Assembly: GCA_051546255.1 (NCBI GenBank)
Contig: CP128816.1
Coordinates: 1,488,001 to 1,552,000, forward strand
DNA length: 64,000 nt
Direction of reading: 5' to 3'
Source of the DNA: Meyerozyma guilliermondii
Lineage: Eukaryota
Under the pieces are notes generated by a model that was not told the DNA's origin, did no database searches, and was given only the letters and a program-made list of their open reading frames with translations. The translations under genes were made by a program, and so were the position numbers. Of this stretch, positions 1 to 9,999 are shown piece by piece; the first letter of the stretch is position 1; every line of letters begins with the position of its first letter.

Positions 1-1272
1 CACATCTCCCTCAACAGTGGTGCAAATTTTGGAAATAACCAAGTTTTTCTGGCTGATTCTGAACTGTAAGGATTGGATTGTATCAACGTTGATAGGCTCC
101 ACATTGGGTACATTTAAGTAGGTTGGGAAGCAATGGTCGTCCAATCTCATATCCATAGCATCTATTCGGTCAAAACGAATAGAGTTTGGAGGATCTTGAC
201 CAGCGTTCACCATTGCAAATATGACAATGTTCCCTTTCGTTCCAATCGCTAATAGTAGGTCCAATGTCTTGAGATCCTGGCTTTGGAGGTAGCGAGTAAT
301 GTTCGACTCTTCCTTAGTAGCATTCAACGCTGGAACTACGGTTCGCTGAAGGTGATAATTGTCGATGATGATAGAGCCAAGAAGTTTCTTATCCTCAAAG
401 CAGTCCCCCAAATCAATATGGGACCACGCTTTGATGTGGCTGTGGTCACTGTACTCGTATGAAGCCCACACGGTTAGTCGTCCTTCGTTGGTAATGGTGT
501 ATAAAGTGTCACAATCATCTGACAGGTTGTCAATATAGTCTCGTATGTTTTTGATGTTTGCCATTGACTTGTCGGTGACTTTGGTTATTGAGTTCGAAGG
601 GATTTTGTATCGCCATTGCACTTCAACGGCGTAGGTTCCTGGAGGATGAGGAAGATACGAGACATCGAATTGTGTCGTTTCGTCGCCATAATTGGCACGC
701 GACCACACTTTAAGCAAGTTGTCGTAGTGGTTGCTAACAGACACGATCTTGTTGGCATTGGCAGTGATCTTAACCTTGGTAACTGAGCTAGGCTGGGGAC
801 AGTACCATCGTCTTCGATGACAAGTTTCGCCAAAGTTGTCGAAAATATAATGTAATGATATCGATTTTGCCGTGCCCACGCAAAGTTCCAGCTCTATAGT
901 GGCCCAATCCATACAATTGACGTTGGAATTGTCGTCCTCGTTGATTATAGTGGTTCCTTGCGTCCATCGTGGACGACTCAGAAACTCGTTTTCTGGTTTA
1001 AAAATGATAATTGTGCTTTTTACTGAAACCGCAATGTACCCTGTAGTTCCGTCAATGACCACACACCCCAAATCCCCCAGTAAATATATCGTTTGAAGGT
1101 TATCGAGTCGTTGGAGCAGGTCCAGTTTACTTCGCCGATCGGGTTTCAAGGTCGATGAGATGATCAAATTGTTTCCCAGACCATATGCTACTAGATAATG
1201 AGACTTCCATAGTGCGTGCAGACTGGAGTTGGTTCCTTTATTGACTTCCCCCGGTATGAAAGTGATGGTCAT
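1..1272 (-). CDS. RAV1: RAVE complex subunit Rav1 (WD40), 5' part only; runs off the window start
   Basis: Missing from the ORF track because its stop lies outside the window. Hand translation from the ATG at 1272 gives MTITFIPGEVNKG...W..HYLVAYG(CTG=S)GNNLII...LQTIY, matching the recalled Rav1 N-terminus (FLPG...AYCSGNNLII...LQTIY). Confidence 0.88.
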   Translation of the reverse strand, partial: MTITFIPGEVNKGTNSSLHALWKSHYLVAYGLGNNLIISSTLKPDRRSKLDLLQRLDNLQTIYLLGDLGCVVIDGTTGYIAVSVKSTIIIFKPENEFLSRPRWTQGTTIINEDDNSNVNCMDWATIELELCVGTAKSISLHYIFDNFGETCHRRRWYCPQPSSVTKVKITANANKIVSVSNHYDNLLKVWSRANYGDETTQFDVSYLPHPPGTYAVEVQWRYKIPSNSITKVTDKSMANIKNIRDYIDNLSDDCDTLYTITNEGRLTVWASYEYSDHSHIKAWSHIDLGDCFEDKKLLGSIIIDNYHLQRTVVPALNATKEESNITRYLQSQDLKTLDLLLAIGTKGNIVIFAMVNAGQDPPNSIRFDRIDAMDMRLDDHCFPTYLNVPNVEPINVDTIQSLQFRISQKNLVISKICTTVEGDV

Positions 1273-1426
1273 CACCGGTAGTATATGTAGAATGATTTGT
1301 GCGGTTGCGAAAAATGAGAGTGAGAACATAAGAGAGTGAGACGAACGAGAACAGAATAATGAGTATGAGAAAAGGAAGTCATTTTATAAATAGAATCTCG
1401 ATTAAATATACTGATTACATGTAGAA

Positions 1427-2962
1427 TTAAACAACATCCTCGTGCATCGAGACCGCCGTGGAGTGAACCACCGACTTGACCGACTTCAATTCATCAGCAG
1501 CGACAACCTCCTGCAAGCCATCTTCCTCAACAGTAGTGTGGTCAGAGACTCTGAACAAGAGGAGTGGTGCAGCGATGAGCAATGAACCATGGACCAATCC
1601 CCATGAACTGGCAAACATGGCCATGTATGGCTTCTGGAGAGCATCCAATCTCCATGCGATGGCAGCTGCCGCAGACTGAATACCCTTGTAGAATCCAGCA
1701 TACAAGGACACCGTCTTGGGGTTATTGGACATGGTTCCCAACGACCAGAAAATGAAGGTTTGGAACATGGCATCGTACATTCCGTAGAAAATGTACAAGA
1801 ACATGGGTCCAATATAGGAACCATCTTTATAGTCAATTGGAGTCAATTTGGGTTTAGTTGGATCAGCAGTTTCTCTGGTGAATCCTTGTTGGAACTTAAG
1901 ACCTCCTCCCCAGATTGCCATACCTGTAATGAACAAAATACCCCATCCAATTCTTGACCGAGTGACTCTTCTGAATCTGTTCATATCCAATACAGTACCA
2001 ATAATGATGGCTCCAACCATTTGTGCAAGCCAGTAAAGCAACGAGTTTAAAGAACGAGTTCTCAAGTCAAACCTTCCCAAGTTGAAATCGTTGAATTGGT
2101 AGGTGTAAAACCAGTTGGAAGCGAAAAACATGGGGAACATGAAAAAAATTGATGGCTTGTCCTTCAAGAGTCTAGCCATACGAATGAGTTCATCTTTCCA
2201 GTGAGGGTGCTTCTGGGTGAGAACACGAGTATTATCGGCCTTCCACACCTTTGACATGGGGAGCATAAAGCATGCAATGATGGAACCACAGCACATCAAA
2301 ATGATGAAAGCAATAAATGTACCATCGTTAGCACTTGAAGACTTATTGTTCATATTATTGGCAAGAGGAATAATCGAACCAATCACGGCACCCAAATTGA
2401 AAATGATCCAGAAAACCATAATGGCTCTTCCCTTGGTGTTTTCGGTGGGGTAAGACATGATAATTGTACCTTGAGCAGCCCAAAGACATGAAGCGCAAAT
2501 ACCCAAAAATGCCCCTGAAAAAATCACAAATCCCTTATTTTCAGTATGTTGGAAACACAAGAGAGACCCAGAGTAAAGAGCATATCCGAAACCTCCAAAG
2601 ATCAAACAAGCTCTGGGACCAATCATATTACAGATGGTTCCACCGAAAAACCCAATACTGGCAAATGTCGAGTACAACGCAACAGTAGCATTATTACTGG
2701 TGGTAACGTCAGAGATGGAAGCACCAATACCAGTCAACGCATTGTACATACCTGGGGTCATAAACACCACAAAAGCAAGCATGACAATTTGGATCATGGC
2801 ATGCGAGTATTGAGGAAGTCCTGGGACAAGTTTCCTATCGTACCATTTTCCCAGCGATAATATTTCTTCTGTGGAGTGTCTTTGGAGCTCCAAATGAGTT
2901 TCCTCGTGCCCGTAGGTATCGGGACTGCTGTTCACGTTGATATCTGTTCCTGATTTTTCCAT
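1427..2962 (-). CDS. NGT1: MFS transporter of the UNC-93-like family, probable N-acetylglucosamine transporter
   Basis: 511 aa with about 12 hydrophobic segments and UNC-93-like motifs (PGMYNAL, LWAAQG, FNLGAVIG). The NGT1 name rests on size, family and my recollection that C. albicans NGT1 lies beside the decarboxylase, PET191 and RSE1 genes. Confidence 0.7.
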   Translation of the reverse strand: MEKSGTDINVNSSPDTYGHEETHLELQRHSTEEILSLGKWYDRKLVPGLPQYSHAMIQIVMLAFVVFMTPGMYNALTGIGASISDVTTSNNATVALYSTFASIGFFGGTICNMIGPRACLIFGGFGYALYSGSLLCFQHTENKGFVIFSGAFLGICASCLWAAQGTIIMSYPTENTKGRAIMVFWIIFNLGAVIGSIIPLANNMNNKSSSANDGTFIAFIILMCCGSIIACFMLPMSKVWKADNTRVLTQKHPHWKDELIRMARLLKDKPSIFFMFPMFFASNWFYTYQFNDFNLGRFDLRTRSLNSLLYWLAQMVGAIIIGTVLDMNRFRRVTRSRIGWGILFITGMAIWGGGLKFQQGFTRETADPTKPKLTPIDYKDGSYIGPMFLYIFYGMYDAMFQTFIFWSLGTMSNNPKTVSLYAGFYKGIQSAAAAIAWRLDALQKPYMAMFASSWGLVHGSLLIAAPLLLFRVSDHTTVEEDGLQEVVAADELKSVKSVVHSTAVSMHEDVV

Positions 2963-3970
2963 GATTTTCGTTCGACGTCAAAGGTTAATTCAAAGTGAAA
3001 TTAGACAACAAATATGTTGGTTCCAAAGCAACTGATAAAGTTTCAACCACGATGCTGAGTGCCACTAGATGTTGCTTGGTACTTTGCGTGAACTTGATAT
3101 ATCTGGTCAACAGATATGTTCATATTATATACCCTAGCTTCTCAGTATCTGGCGCACAGCGCGAGCCGCACGCCAGGTTACATTTGCAAGAACACCAGAA
3201 ACACTAGCATTTGAACGAGGGTAGGTGAAAAGTGGTCCAAATGAGCCGAAAACAAGTCAAGATGAAGTACACAAAGTATAGTCCATTCTGGCCACTCAAC
3301 TTTTAATTTCGTCTTGTTTTGACAAATCTACCATCATTATGGTCCCAATCGCACCCCGAGATCCGCACCTCAAGCCGTACAATGTAACCTCCAAAACGCC
3401 ATTTGGGACCCCGCTTATCAGGTGCACCGGGTGTTGCATTGTCTGTGTGCAGGCAATTGGGTAGGAGCCAGATAAGACAAGCTACGCCGTCACGTTGTAA
3501 ATAGATGGATCATGGAGATGTTGCGAAAATATCGTGTTGACGAAATGAGTTGTTACATCGTGTAACCATGAATGTTGCAATCAGTAATTTCGATCAGCGA
3601 CAAACACAACAAACGAATGTGTATAAGCTCTGAATCTCATCAGATGGTGTTGTTGCATACTACATCTTACCGCTTTTGTAAATAAGTTTCTTGTGTGGTT
3701 TCGTTGTGGTATTACTTGGATACGCTCTTGTGCCCGCTTGTGTGCACTCCCGGAGATATCCGGTGCAACGTTACCTACGATGCAACGCTCGCTTGGAGTA
3801 TACACGCCGCATCACCATGCATTGCAACGAACTATTCTCCCCATGGGGATCCTCGTAAACGAGTGCAACAATGATTCCGTTTGACAAATGAGGCAGAAAT
3901 TACAGATACAATGTCATGAATATTCGGTTTTCTATTCTAGTCCCTGACTTCATCATTCTACTCTCCATTT

Positions 3971-5500
3971 TTATTCTTTTTGTCCATAATCCTGTCCGAT
4001 TTCAACTATACTCTTCACCAAATCGGCCACCACCTTGTCGGTCAATATTGGTGAGTTGAATACAACTCTGAAAAACTCCCCTTTTTTTTCTTGACCTGGT
4101 TGAGGATTGGGTGAAAAATCCACCAAATACTTTCCTTGCTTGTGTAGTTCCCGGGAAATGTACCTGGTGACTTCGCTATGGTCCTCGTTCGTCCAGTGTG
4201 AAGGCCGGAAGTAGAAGCATACCTGGAGACATGGAGGAGGATTTTCAGGGCTTCCCAACACTAGTTCAAACCGCTTATCAGCGCTGATTAAATCAACGAA
4301 CCTTTTGGCTATGTCGAACGCATGGTCAACCCTCTTGGCAAACCCGTTCTGACCAAAGTAAATCCACGCCATGTAGAACTTGAACGAATCGGCTCTGCGA
4401 CCACAACCCATGGTTCCATCTGCCAAGTCAAAGTTCTCTTCCAGTTCATTCTCTCTTCCATGGAACAAGTATGGAGCAGAAAGAGACATGGCGTTCTGGA
4501 AATCCACCACATGAGGCACCAATAAGAACGAACAAGTGGTAGGAACCCCAAGCATCTTGTGAGGGTTGACAGTTATTGAGTCTGCGAGTTCGCTTCCCTT
4601 CAACTTTGCACTATGAGTAGGTGAAAAAATCACGTTTCCACCCCAAGATCCGTCGATATGGAACCACAAATTGTGCTCCTTCGCAACGGCTGCAATTTCC
4701 CCAAACGGATCGTACGATCCAAAAACCGTGGTTCCAGCTGTCGCGTTGACATATAATGGAATGTAACCTTCCAGTTTCGACTTTTTGATGGCTTGCTTCA
4801 AACTAGCCACATCCATGGTTCCATCTTCCAATATGTCCACTTTGAAAAGTGAACCCGAACCCAATCCAAGCAAAATAGCTGCCTTTTCCACCGAATAATG
4901 GCAGTGCTTTGACGAGTAAATTGCAAATCTTCTTCCATTGTTTCCTTCAATCTTCGTGTCAGGGTACTTCATGGCGCGGGCCATCTGGAGAGACGTGATA
5001 TTAGACCATGATCCGCCGGAAAACGTGAGTCCTCCACAAGTTTCTTGGTGGTCTTTGAAGAAAAGTCCAGCATACTTTTTTCCAATATAATTTTCCAACA
5101 CTGACAATACCGGTGAAACCGTGTATACGTGTGAGTTTGTGTTTAAGACCGACAAAATGATGTCAGAAACCACTCCTATAGGATTATTAGATGCATATAA
5201 TTTATCCAAAAAACCAGGATTCCATGTATTTACAGAGTACTCAAGCACTTTGTCAATCACCTCAAAAACTTCCTGGGGGTGTTTCCTGATCCCACTTTGC
5301 AACTTGGCATCGTCAGTAAACTCCTTTTTGAGAAATTGAGGACTATGGTAACGTCCAAGTGAGTCCTCTTGGTACTCGTCCCGGCTCGGATCCGCTTTGG
5401 ATATGTAGTCCAAAATTCTAGGCTGGAGTTGTTTGAGCAAAGAATCGAGTTCTTCTGTTCTGTACGACTCCAAATCGCATTCTATCGTTTCGTTGGTCAT
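3971..5500 (-). CDS. Group II PLP-dependent decarboxylase (GAD/CSAD/aspartate decarboxylase-like), 509 aa
   Basis: Motifs TAGTTVFGSYD, WFHIDGSWGG, the PLP-lysine motif NPHKMLG and GCGRRAD. Start moved from the track's 5638 to the ATG at 5500 (MTNETIE). Confidence 0.9.
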   Translation of the reverse strand: MTNETIECDLESYRTEELDSLLKQLQPRILDYISKADPSRDEYQEDSLGRYHSPQFLKKEFTDDAKLQSGIRKHPQEVFEVIDKVLEYSVNTWNPGFLDKLYASNNPIGVVSDIILSVLNTNSHVYTVSPVLSVLENYIGKKYAGLFFKDHQETCGGLTFSGGSWSNITSLQMARAMKYPDTKIEGNNGRRFAIYSSKHCHYSVEKAAILLGLGSGSLFKVDILEDGTMDVASLKQAIKKSKLEGYIPLYVNATAGTTVFGSYDPFGEIAAVAKEHNLWFHIDGSWGGNVIFSPTHSAKLKGSELADSITVNPHKMLGVPTTCSFLLVPHVVDFQNAMSLSAPYLFHGRENELEENFDLADGTMGCGRRADSFKFYMAWIYFGQNGFAKRVDHAFDIAKRFVDLISADKRFELVLGSPENPPPCLQVCFYFRPSHWTNEDHSEVTRYISRELHKQGKYLVDFSPNPQPGQEKKGEFFRVVFNSPILTDKVVADLVKSIVEIGQDYGQKE

Positions 5501-5795
5501 TTTACTGAAATAGTATATAATTGTAAATTTTGAAAAATTCACGTTTTGCGCACATGCCACAGTGCTAGCTATATACAATATTGTGGGTCCAGACTGAGTG
5601 ACGGAAAAGGGGACGGAACTAAAAAAGCAACAAGACAATAGAAATAATGGGAAAGCAATAAAAACCGATTGTAGGAATCTTGGGAATCTTCACATCAACT
5701 GTAATCCATGTAGATCCAAGCTCGAAACTGCCTTTATCAATTCCTTCATTTTTCCTTCAAAATTCCCTTTTCACTATTTTCCTTCATTTTTTTCA

Positions 5796-6188
5796 CTATT
5801 TCTCCTCCTTTCTTGTCAAATTACGGTTCATCACCTCCAATTTTCTCATCTCCTCGTGAGGATCAAAGTTTCCACTGGACAATTTATCATAAGTATCATC
5901 ATATTTGCCCGTAGACAATGGAGCATTTCCTCTCATACGTTTCCGCATATCGAAAAAACCATTTTTACATTCTAGGAACGCCTGAAGATTAGCCACACAC
6001 AACTCAGGCAAATCCTTCTTCAATTCTGGTTTTGTTAAACAATCCAGAGGAGTGTTACGTTCTATGAGAACACACGGAGACCTCTGAAGACATATTGCAA
6101 GAGCACGCTTCTGATCTTTGCAACTGGTGTTAGTATACAGACAGGTTTCTTTAAAAGATATTTGCGTATAAACTTACCTTGCACCCAT
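5796..6188 (-). CDS. PET191: Cytochrome c oxidase assembly factor Pet191/COA5, two exons (6188-6178 and 6123-5796), 112 aa
   Basis: The spliced product MGASCKDQKRALAICLQRSPCVLIERN...DLPELC..LQAFLECK.G..DM.KR..GNAPLSTGKYD matches the recalled twin-Cx9C Pet191 sequence. Confidence 0.93.
6124..6177 (-). other. Spliceosomal intron (54 nt) in PET191
   Basis: 5' splice site GTAAGT (6177-6172), branch point TACTAAC (6135-6129), 3' splice site CAG (6126-6124). Splicing restores the frame ATG GGT GCA AG|T TGC. Confidence 0.92.
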
Positions 6189-6303
6189 ATCAAACCAGTT
6201 TGATTTCTCTAATTTGGAGAGGACCCGCTGCCCAAATACAGGACACAGCTCATCGGTGCGACTAAGGCTGCGATACATACTGCAATTCTAGTCCCCATTC
6301 ACA

Positions 6304-9300
6304 ATGCTAATAGAAGACGACTCGCTACATCTATACCACCTAACGCTAACGAAGCCCACAGCAGCTATCAAGTCGATTTTGGGACAGTTTTTGGACAATA
6401 AAAAATCTCAAGAACTCGTTCTTGCAACGTCCACCTCCATCGAACTATGGCAATTTCACCTGGAATCGGGCAAGATCAAGCAAATATGCCACCAGCAGGT
6501 TATAGGAGTGATCCAGAACATCGATCGTATAAGAAAAGGAGGATCAAATCTCGATCTACTTGTAATTACAAGTGATTCTGGTCGATTATCAATACTCGAG
6601 TTCGACAAAGATGAGCTTAAATTCTTCCCCGTGGTCCAGGAACCACACTCAAAAAATGGAATGAATAGAACTACTCCCGGCGAGTACCTCTGTGTGGATC
6701 CCCAGGATAGAACCATCACCATAGGTGCAATTGAGCGTGACAAGTTGATGTACAAGGCTCAAACCAACAACAACAAACTCGAACTTCTGTCGCCACTAGA
6801 ATCAGTATCGAAAAACACCTTGACCATACAAATGGTGTCTTTGGATACAGGTTATGAAAACCCTATGCTTGCTGCAATTGAGTGTAATTATGCTCATTAT
6901 GATGCTAGCCTAAAATACGATCCCCAATCTTCCAACCTTACCCTTCAGTATTACGAATTCGAACAAGGTCTAAACTACGTCGCCAGACGAAAAGATACCC
7001 TAGAAATACCCTCTTCTTCAACTACGTTAGTACCATTGCCGACTCCCATAGGTGGAGTTATTGTTGCCGGTTCCTCATTTATCTTTTATCATAACCCTAC
7101 AATTGACCAGCAATTATACTTGCCGATTCCACTGAGAGCAGGCTCATCTCCAGTACCAATAGTCTGCTATGCGGTACACAAATTGAAGAAGAACAATTTC
7201 TTTATTTTATTGCATAATGAATTGGGCGACTGTTTCAGAGTTCTAATAGACTACGATGATGATTCTGAAAAGGTTACTGAACTCAGCGTGGGGTATTTTG
7301 ACACAATCTCTCCTAGTACCAGTATTAATGTGTTTAAAAAGGGCTATCTTTTTGCCAATGTGACGAATAACGATAAAATGCTATACCAAATTGAAGATCT
7401 TGGGGATAATGATTCATATATAAGCTCGAGCCAGTTTTCTTCGCTTGAAGATGTTTTTGATGGTAACAAGAAACATGAGTTTAAGCCTCGGGGGCTCAGA
7501 AATCTTGCCTTGGTGCAAATCATCGACTCATCAAACCCATGTTTTGGAGGTGCTTTAGTCAAGACCAGTGAAAGCAAAGAGTCCAGGATAGCTATGATCA
7601 CGGGCCACTCACATTTAAAGCTCAAGACCCATGGAATTCCGATCTCGACTCTTGTCTCGTCTCCATTACCAATGATTGCAACATCTGTCTTCACCACCCG
7701 GTTGTCAGCTGAGTCCAAGAACGACGAATATATGGTGATTTCATCGTCAGCATCGTCTAAAACTCTCGTTCTCGCAATTGGAGAGGTAGTAGAAGAGGTC
7801 CAAGACTCATCATTTGTGACAGACCAACCAACAATTGGAGTTCAGCAAGTGGGTCTTAAATCACTCATCCAAATATATTCCAATGGTATCAGGCACATAC
7901 GACAAACTGAGACCGAAGGAAAGATTACCAAAAAAACTTTCGACTGGTATCCTCCTGCTGGTATCACCATTATCAGCGCAAGTACAAACCAGGAACAAGT
8001 GTTGATTGGTTTGTCGAACAGAGAACTCTGCTACTTTGAAATTGATCCTACCGATGACCAGCTCATTGAGTATCAAGAACGAATTGAGATGTCAGGCGGA
8101 CAGATTTGTGCCTTAGCATTAGCGTCTTCCTTCGTTAATAAGTCACAGCGGAAAAGTCCCTTTGCTTTGGTCGCCTGTACGGACGAGACAGTTCAGGTAA
8201 TCTCTTTACAGCAGCATAATTGTCTAGAGACGTTGACGTTTCAGGCACTCTCAGCTAATTGCACATCTGCTGTCATAATATCAAACGAAACTTCTCTCGT
8301 TGCCCATCTCGGCCTTGAGAATGGACTATATGTCAGAAGTACTCTTGAGTCCATTACTGGAAAGTTTAGTGACACAAGAGTCAAATATCTAGGAGCCGAT
8401 AGTGTAAAACTATCTGCTATTTCACTTCGACAACTGCAACAAGTTGGCGTTCTTGCTGTATCCACTTATCCATGGTTATGCTACAGATCCAAAAATAAGA
8501 CCAGAATTACCCCGTTAATGGGAGCTAACATCAAATGTGGTACTTCGTTCTACTCTGAGGAAATTGGCGAGGGTATAGTTGGAGCTTCTGCCAGCGAGTT
8601 GACTATCTTCACAATTGGCGAAGACGAAGATAATTCTGAAATGAGCATAGAGGATGAGTTGGCGATAGAGGACATCAGACTTCGTTACTCTCCCACCAAG
8701 ATGATACTTGAAGACCAAACCGCTTTTGTTATTGAGTCAGAATATGGTGTGGTCCTGCCATATCAGAGTGGTGAAGAAGTCGATTCAGACTATTACAGTG
8801 CTTTTGGCTATCTGAGAAAGGATGAATCATGGGCTTCGTGTGTGCAAATCCTTGATCTTGAGTCCAAAAAGATAACTTTCAGCACTGAACTTGAAGACAA
8901 CCAAAAACCGCTTTCATTGTGCCGTATGAATTTCGGTAACCAAAAGTACCTTATGGTAGGTACAGCTAAAGATTTGACTTTTCAACTCAATAATAACCCA
9001 AAGTATAAAATAATTACATTTCTCATCAATGGCTCAGAATTAGAATTGTTGCATTACACAGAGGTAGACCATCCTCCTGCGGCGATGATTCCCTTTGAAG
9101 GTAAACTTCTCGTCGGCATGGGCAAATATTTACGCCTATATGAATTGGGCAAGAAACAACTCCTTCGAAAATCGTCTACATTAGTTGACTACCTTACTAA
9201 AATAGTACAGATTACCCACCAGGGCAAGCAAAGAATAGTGGTGGGCGATGGTAGCAACTCGACCACTTTTTTGAAATATGATAGCCTGGATAACATTTTT

Positions 9301-9924
9301 GTTTCCTTCGCCGACGACGTTATGAAGCGCCATATCACTGCATTAGAATGTTTGGATCATGATACTGTAATTGGTGGTGATAAGTTTGGGAACGTTTTCG
9401 TGAATCGCATACCTTTTACTTTGTCCAAGCAGGCCGACCAAGAATGGAGTTTGGTGAAGTATCAAGATCACTACCTTAATAGTGCAGGAAATCGCCTGAA
9501 GGGCCTATGTGAGTTCTTTCTTCAAGATATCCCAACGCTGTTTTTCAAGGGAACACTTGTCACTGGTGGTAAGGAGTCTATCTTCTACACCGGTTTATGT
9601 GGAAGTTTGGGATTTTTTGAACCTTTAATTTCGAAGCTGGAGGTAAGTTTCTTCACAGCATTGGAGAACTCTATACGAAAAGTTCTCGACCCAAACCTCG
9701 AGGAACACGATAAGAAAAGGCTTTATTGTCAGCTTCTTGGAAAAGATCAACTCAAGTTCCGCGGCTACTACAATCCAGTTAAAAATGTCATAGATGGAGA
9801 TTTTGTTGAGTACTATTTTGAACTTGACCCCCGCACAAAGACCAAGATAGCCACAGAGCTAGATAGAACCCCTCGTGATATCGAACGAAAGATTGCCGAC
9901 ATCAGAAGCAGAGTGGCATTTTGA
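6304..9924 (+). CDS. RSE1: U2 snRNP SF3b subunit Rse1 (SF3B3)
   Basis: 1206 aa with the motifs LYHLTL, TSDSGRLSIL, PGEYL.VDP, LYELGKKQLLRK and YYNPVKNVIDGD. Confidence 0.96.
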   Translation: MLIEDDSLHLYHLTLTKPTAAIKSILGQFLDNKKSQELVLATSTSIELWQFHLESGKIKQICHQQVIGVIQNIDRIRKGGSNLDLLVITSDSGRLSILEFDKDELKFFPVVQEPHSKNGMNRTTPGEYLCVDPQDRTITIGAIERDKLMYKAQTNNNKLELLSPLESVSKNTLTIQMVSLDTGYENPMLAAIECNYAHYDASLKYDPQSSNLTLQYYEFEQGLNYVARRKDTLEIPSSSTTLVPLPTPIGGVIVAGSSFIFYHNPTIDQQLYLPIPLRAGSSPVPIVCYAVHKLKKNNFFILLHNELGDCFRVLIDYDDDSEKVTELSVGYFDTISPSTSINVFKKGYLFANVTNNDKMLYQIEDLGDNDSYISSSQFSSLEDVFDGNKKHEFKPRGLRNLALVQIIDSSNPCFGGALVKTSESKESRIAMITGHSHLKLKTHGIPISTLVSSPLPMIATSVFTTRLSAESKNDEYMVISSSASSKTLVLAIGEVVEEVQDSSFVTDQPTIGVQQVGLKSLIQIYSNGIRHIRQTETEGKITKKTFDWYPPAGITIISASTNQEQVLIGLSNRELCYFEIDPTDDQLIEYQERIEMSGGQICALALASSFVNKSQRKSPFALVACTDETVQVISLQQHNCLETLTFQALSANCTSAVIISNETSLVAHLGLENGLYVRSTLESITGKFSDTRVKYLGADSVKLSAISLRQLQQVGVLAVSTYPWLCYRSKNKTRITPLMGANIKCGTSFYSEEIGEGIVGASASELTIFTIGEDEDNSEMSIEDELAIEDIRLRYSPTKMILEDQTAFVIESEYGVVLPYQSGEEVDSDYYSAFGYLRKDESWASCVQILDLESKKITFSTELEDNQKPLSLCRMNFGNQKYLMVGTAKDLTFQLNNNPKYKIITFLINGSELELLHYTEVDHPPAAMIPFEGKLLVGMGKYLRLYELGKKQLLRKSSTLVDYLTKIVQITHQGKQRIVVGDGSNSTTFLKYDSLDNIFVSFADDVMKRHITALECLDHDTVIGGDKFGNVFVNRIPFTLSKQADQEWSLVKYQDHYLNSAGNRLKGLCEFFLQDIPTLFFKGTLVTGGKESIFYTGLCGSLGFFEPLISKLEVSFFTALENSIRKVLDPNLEEHDKKRLYCQLLGKDQLKFRGYYNPVKNVIDGDFVEYYFELDPRTKTKIATELDRTPRDIERKIADIRSRVAF

Positions 9925-9999
9925 TACTATATACTACTCATTAACTCAATATAATGCATTTGTTGAAGTGAACGATTTTCTATGTACTCAATTAGCTCC

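Noticed and set aside
5501..5638. 46-aa upstream extension of the decarboxylase ORF
   Set aside because: Non-ATG start in AT-rich promoter-like sequence.
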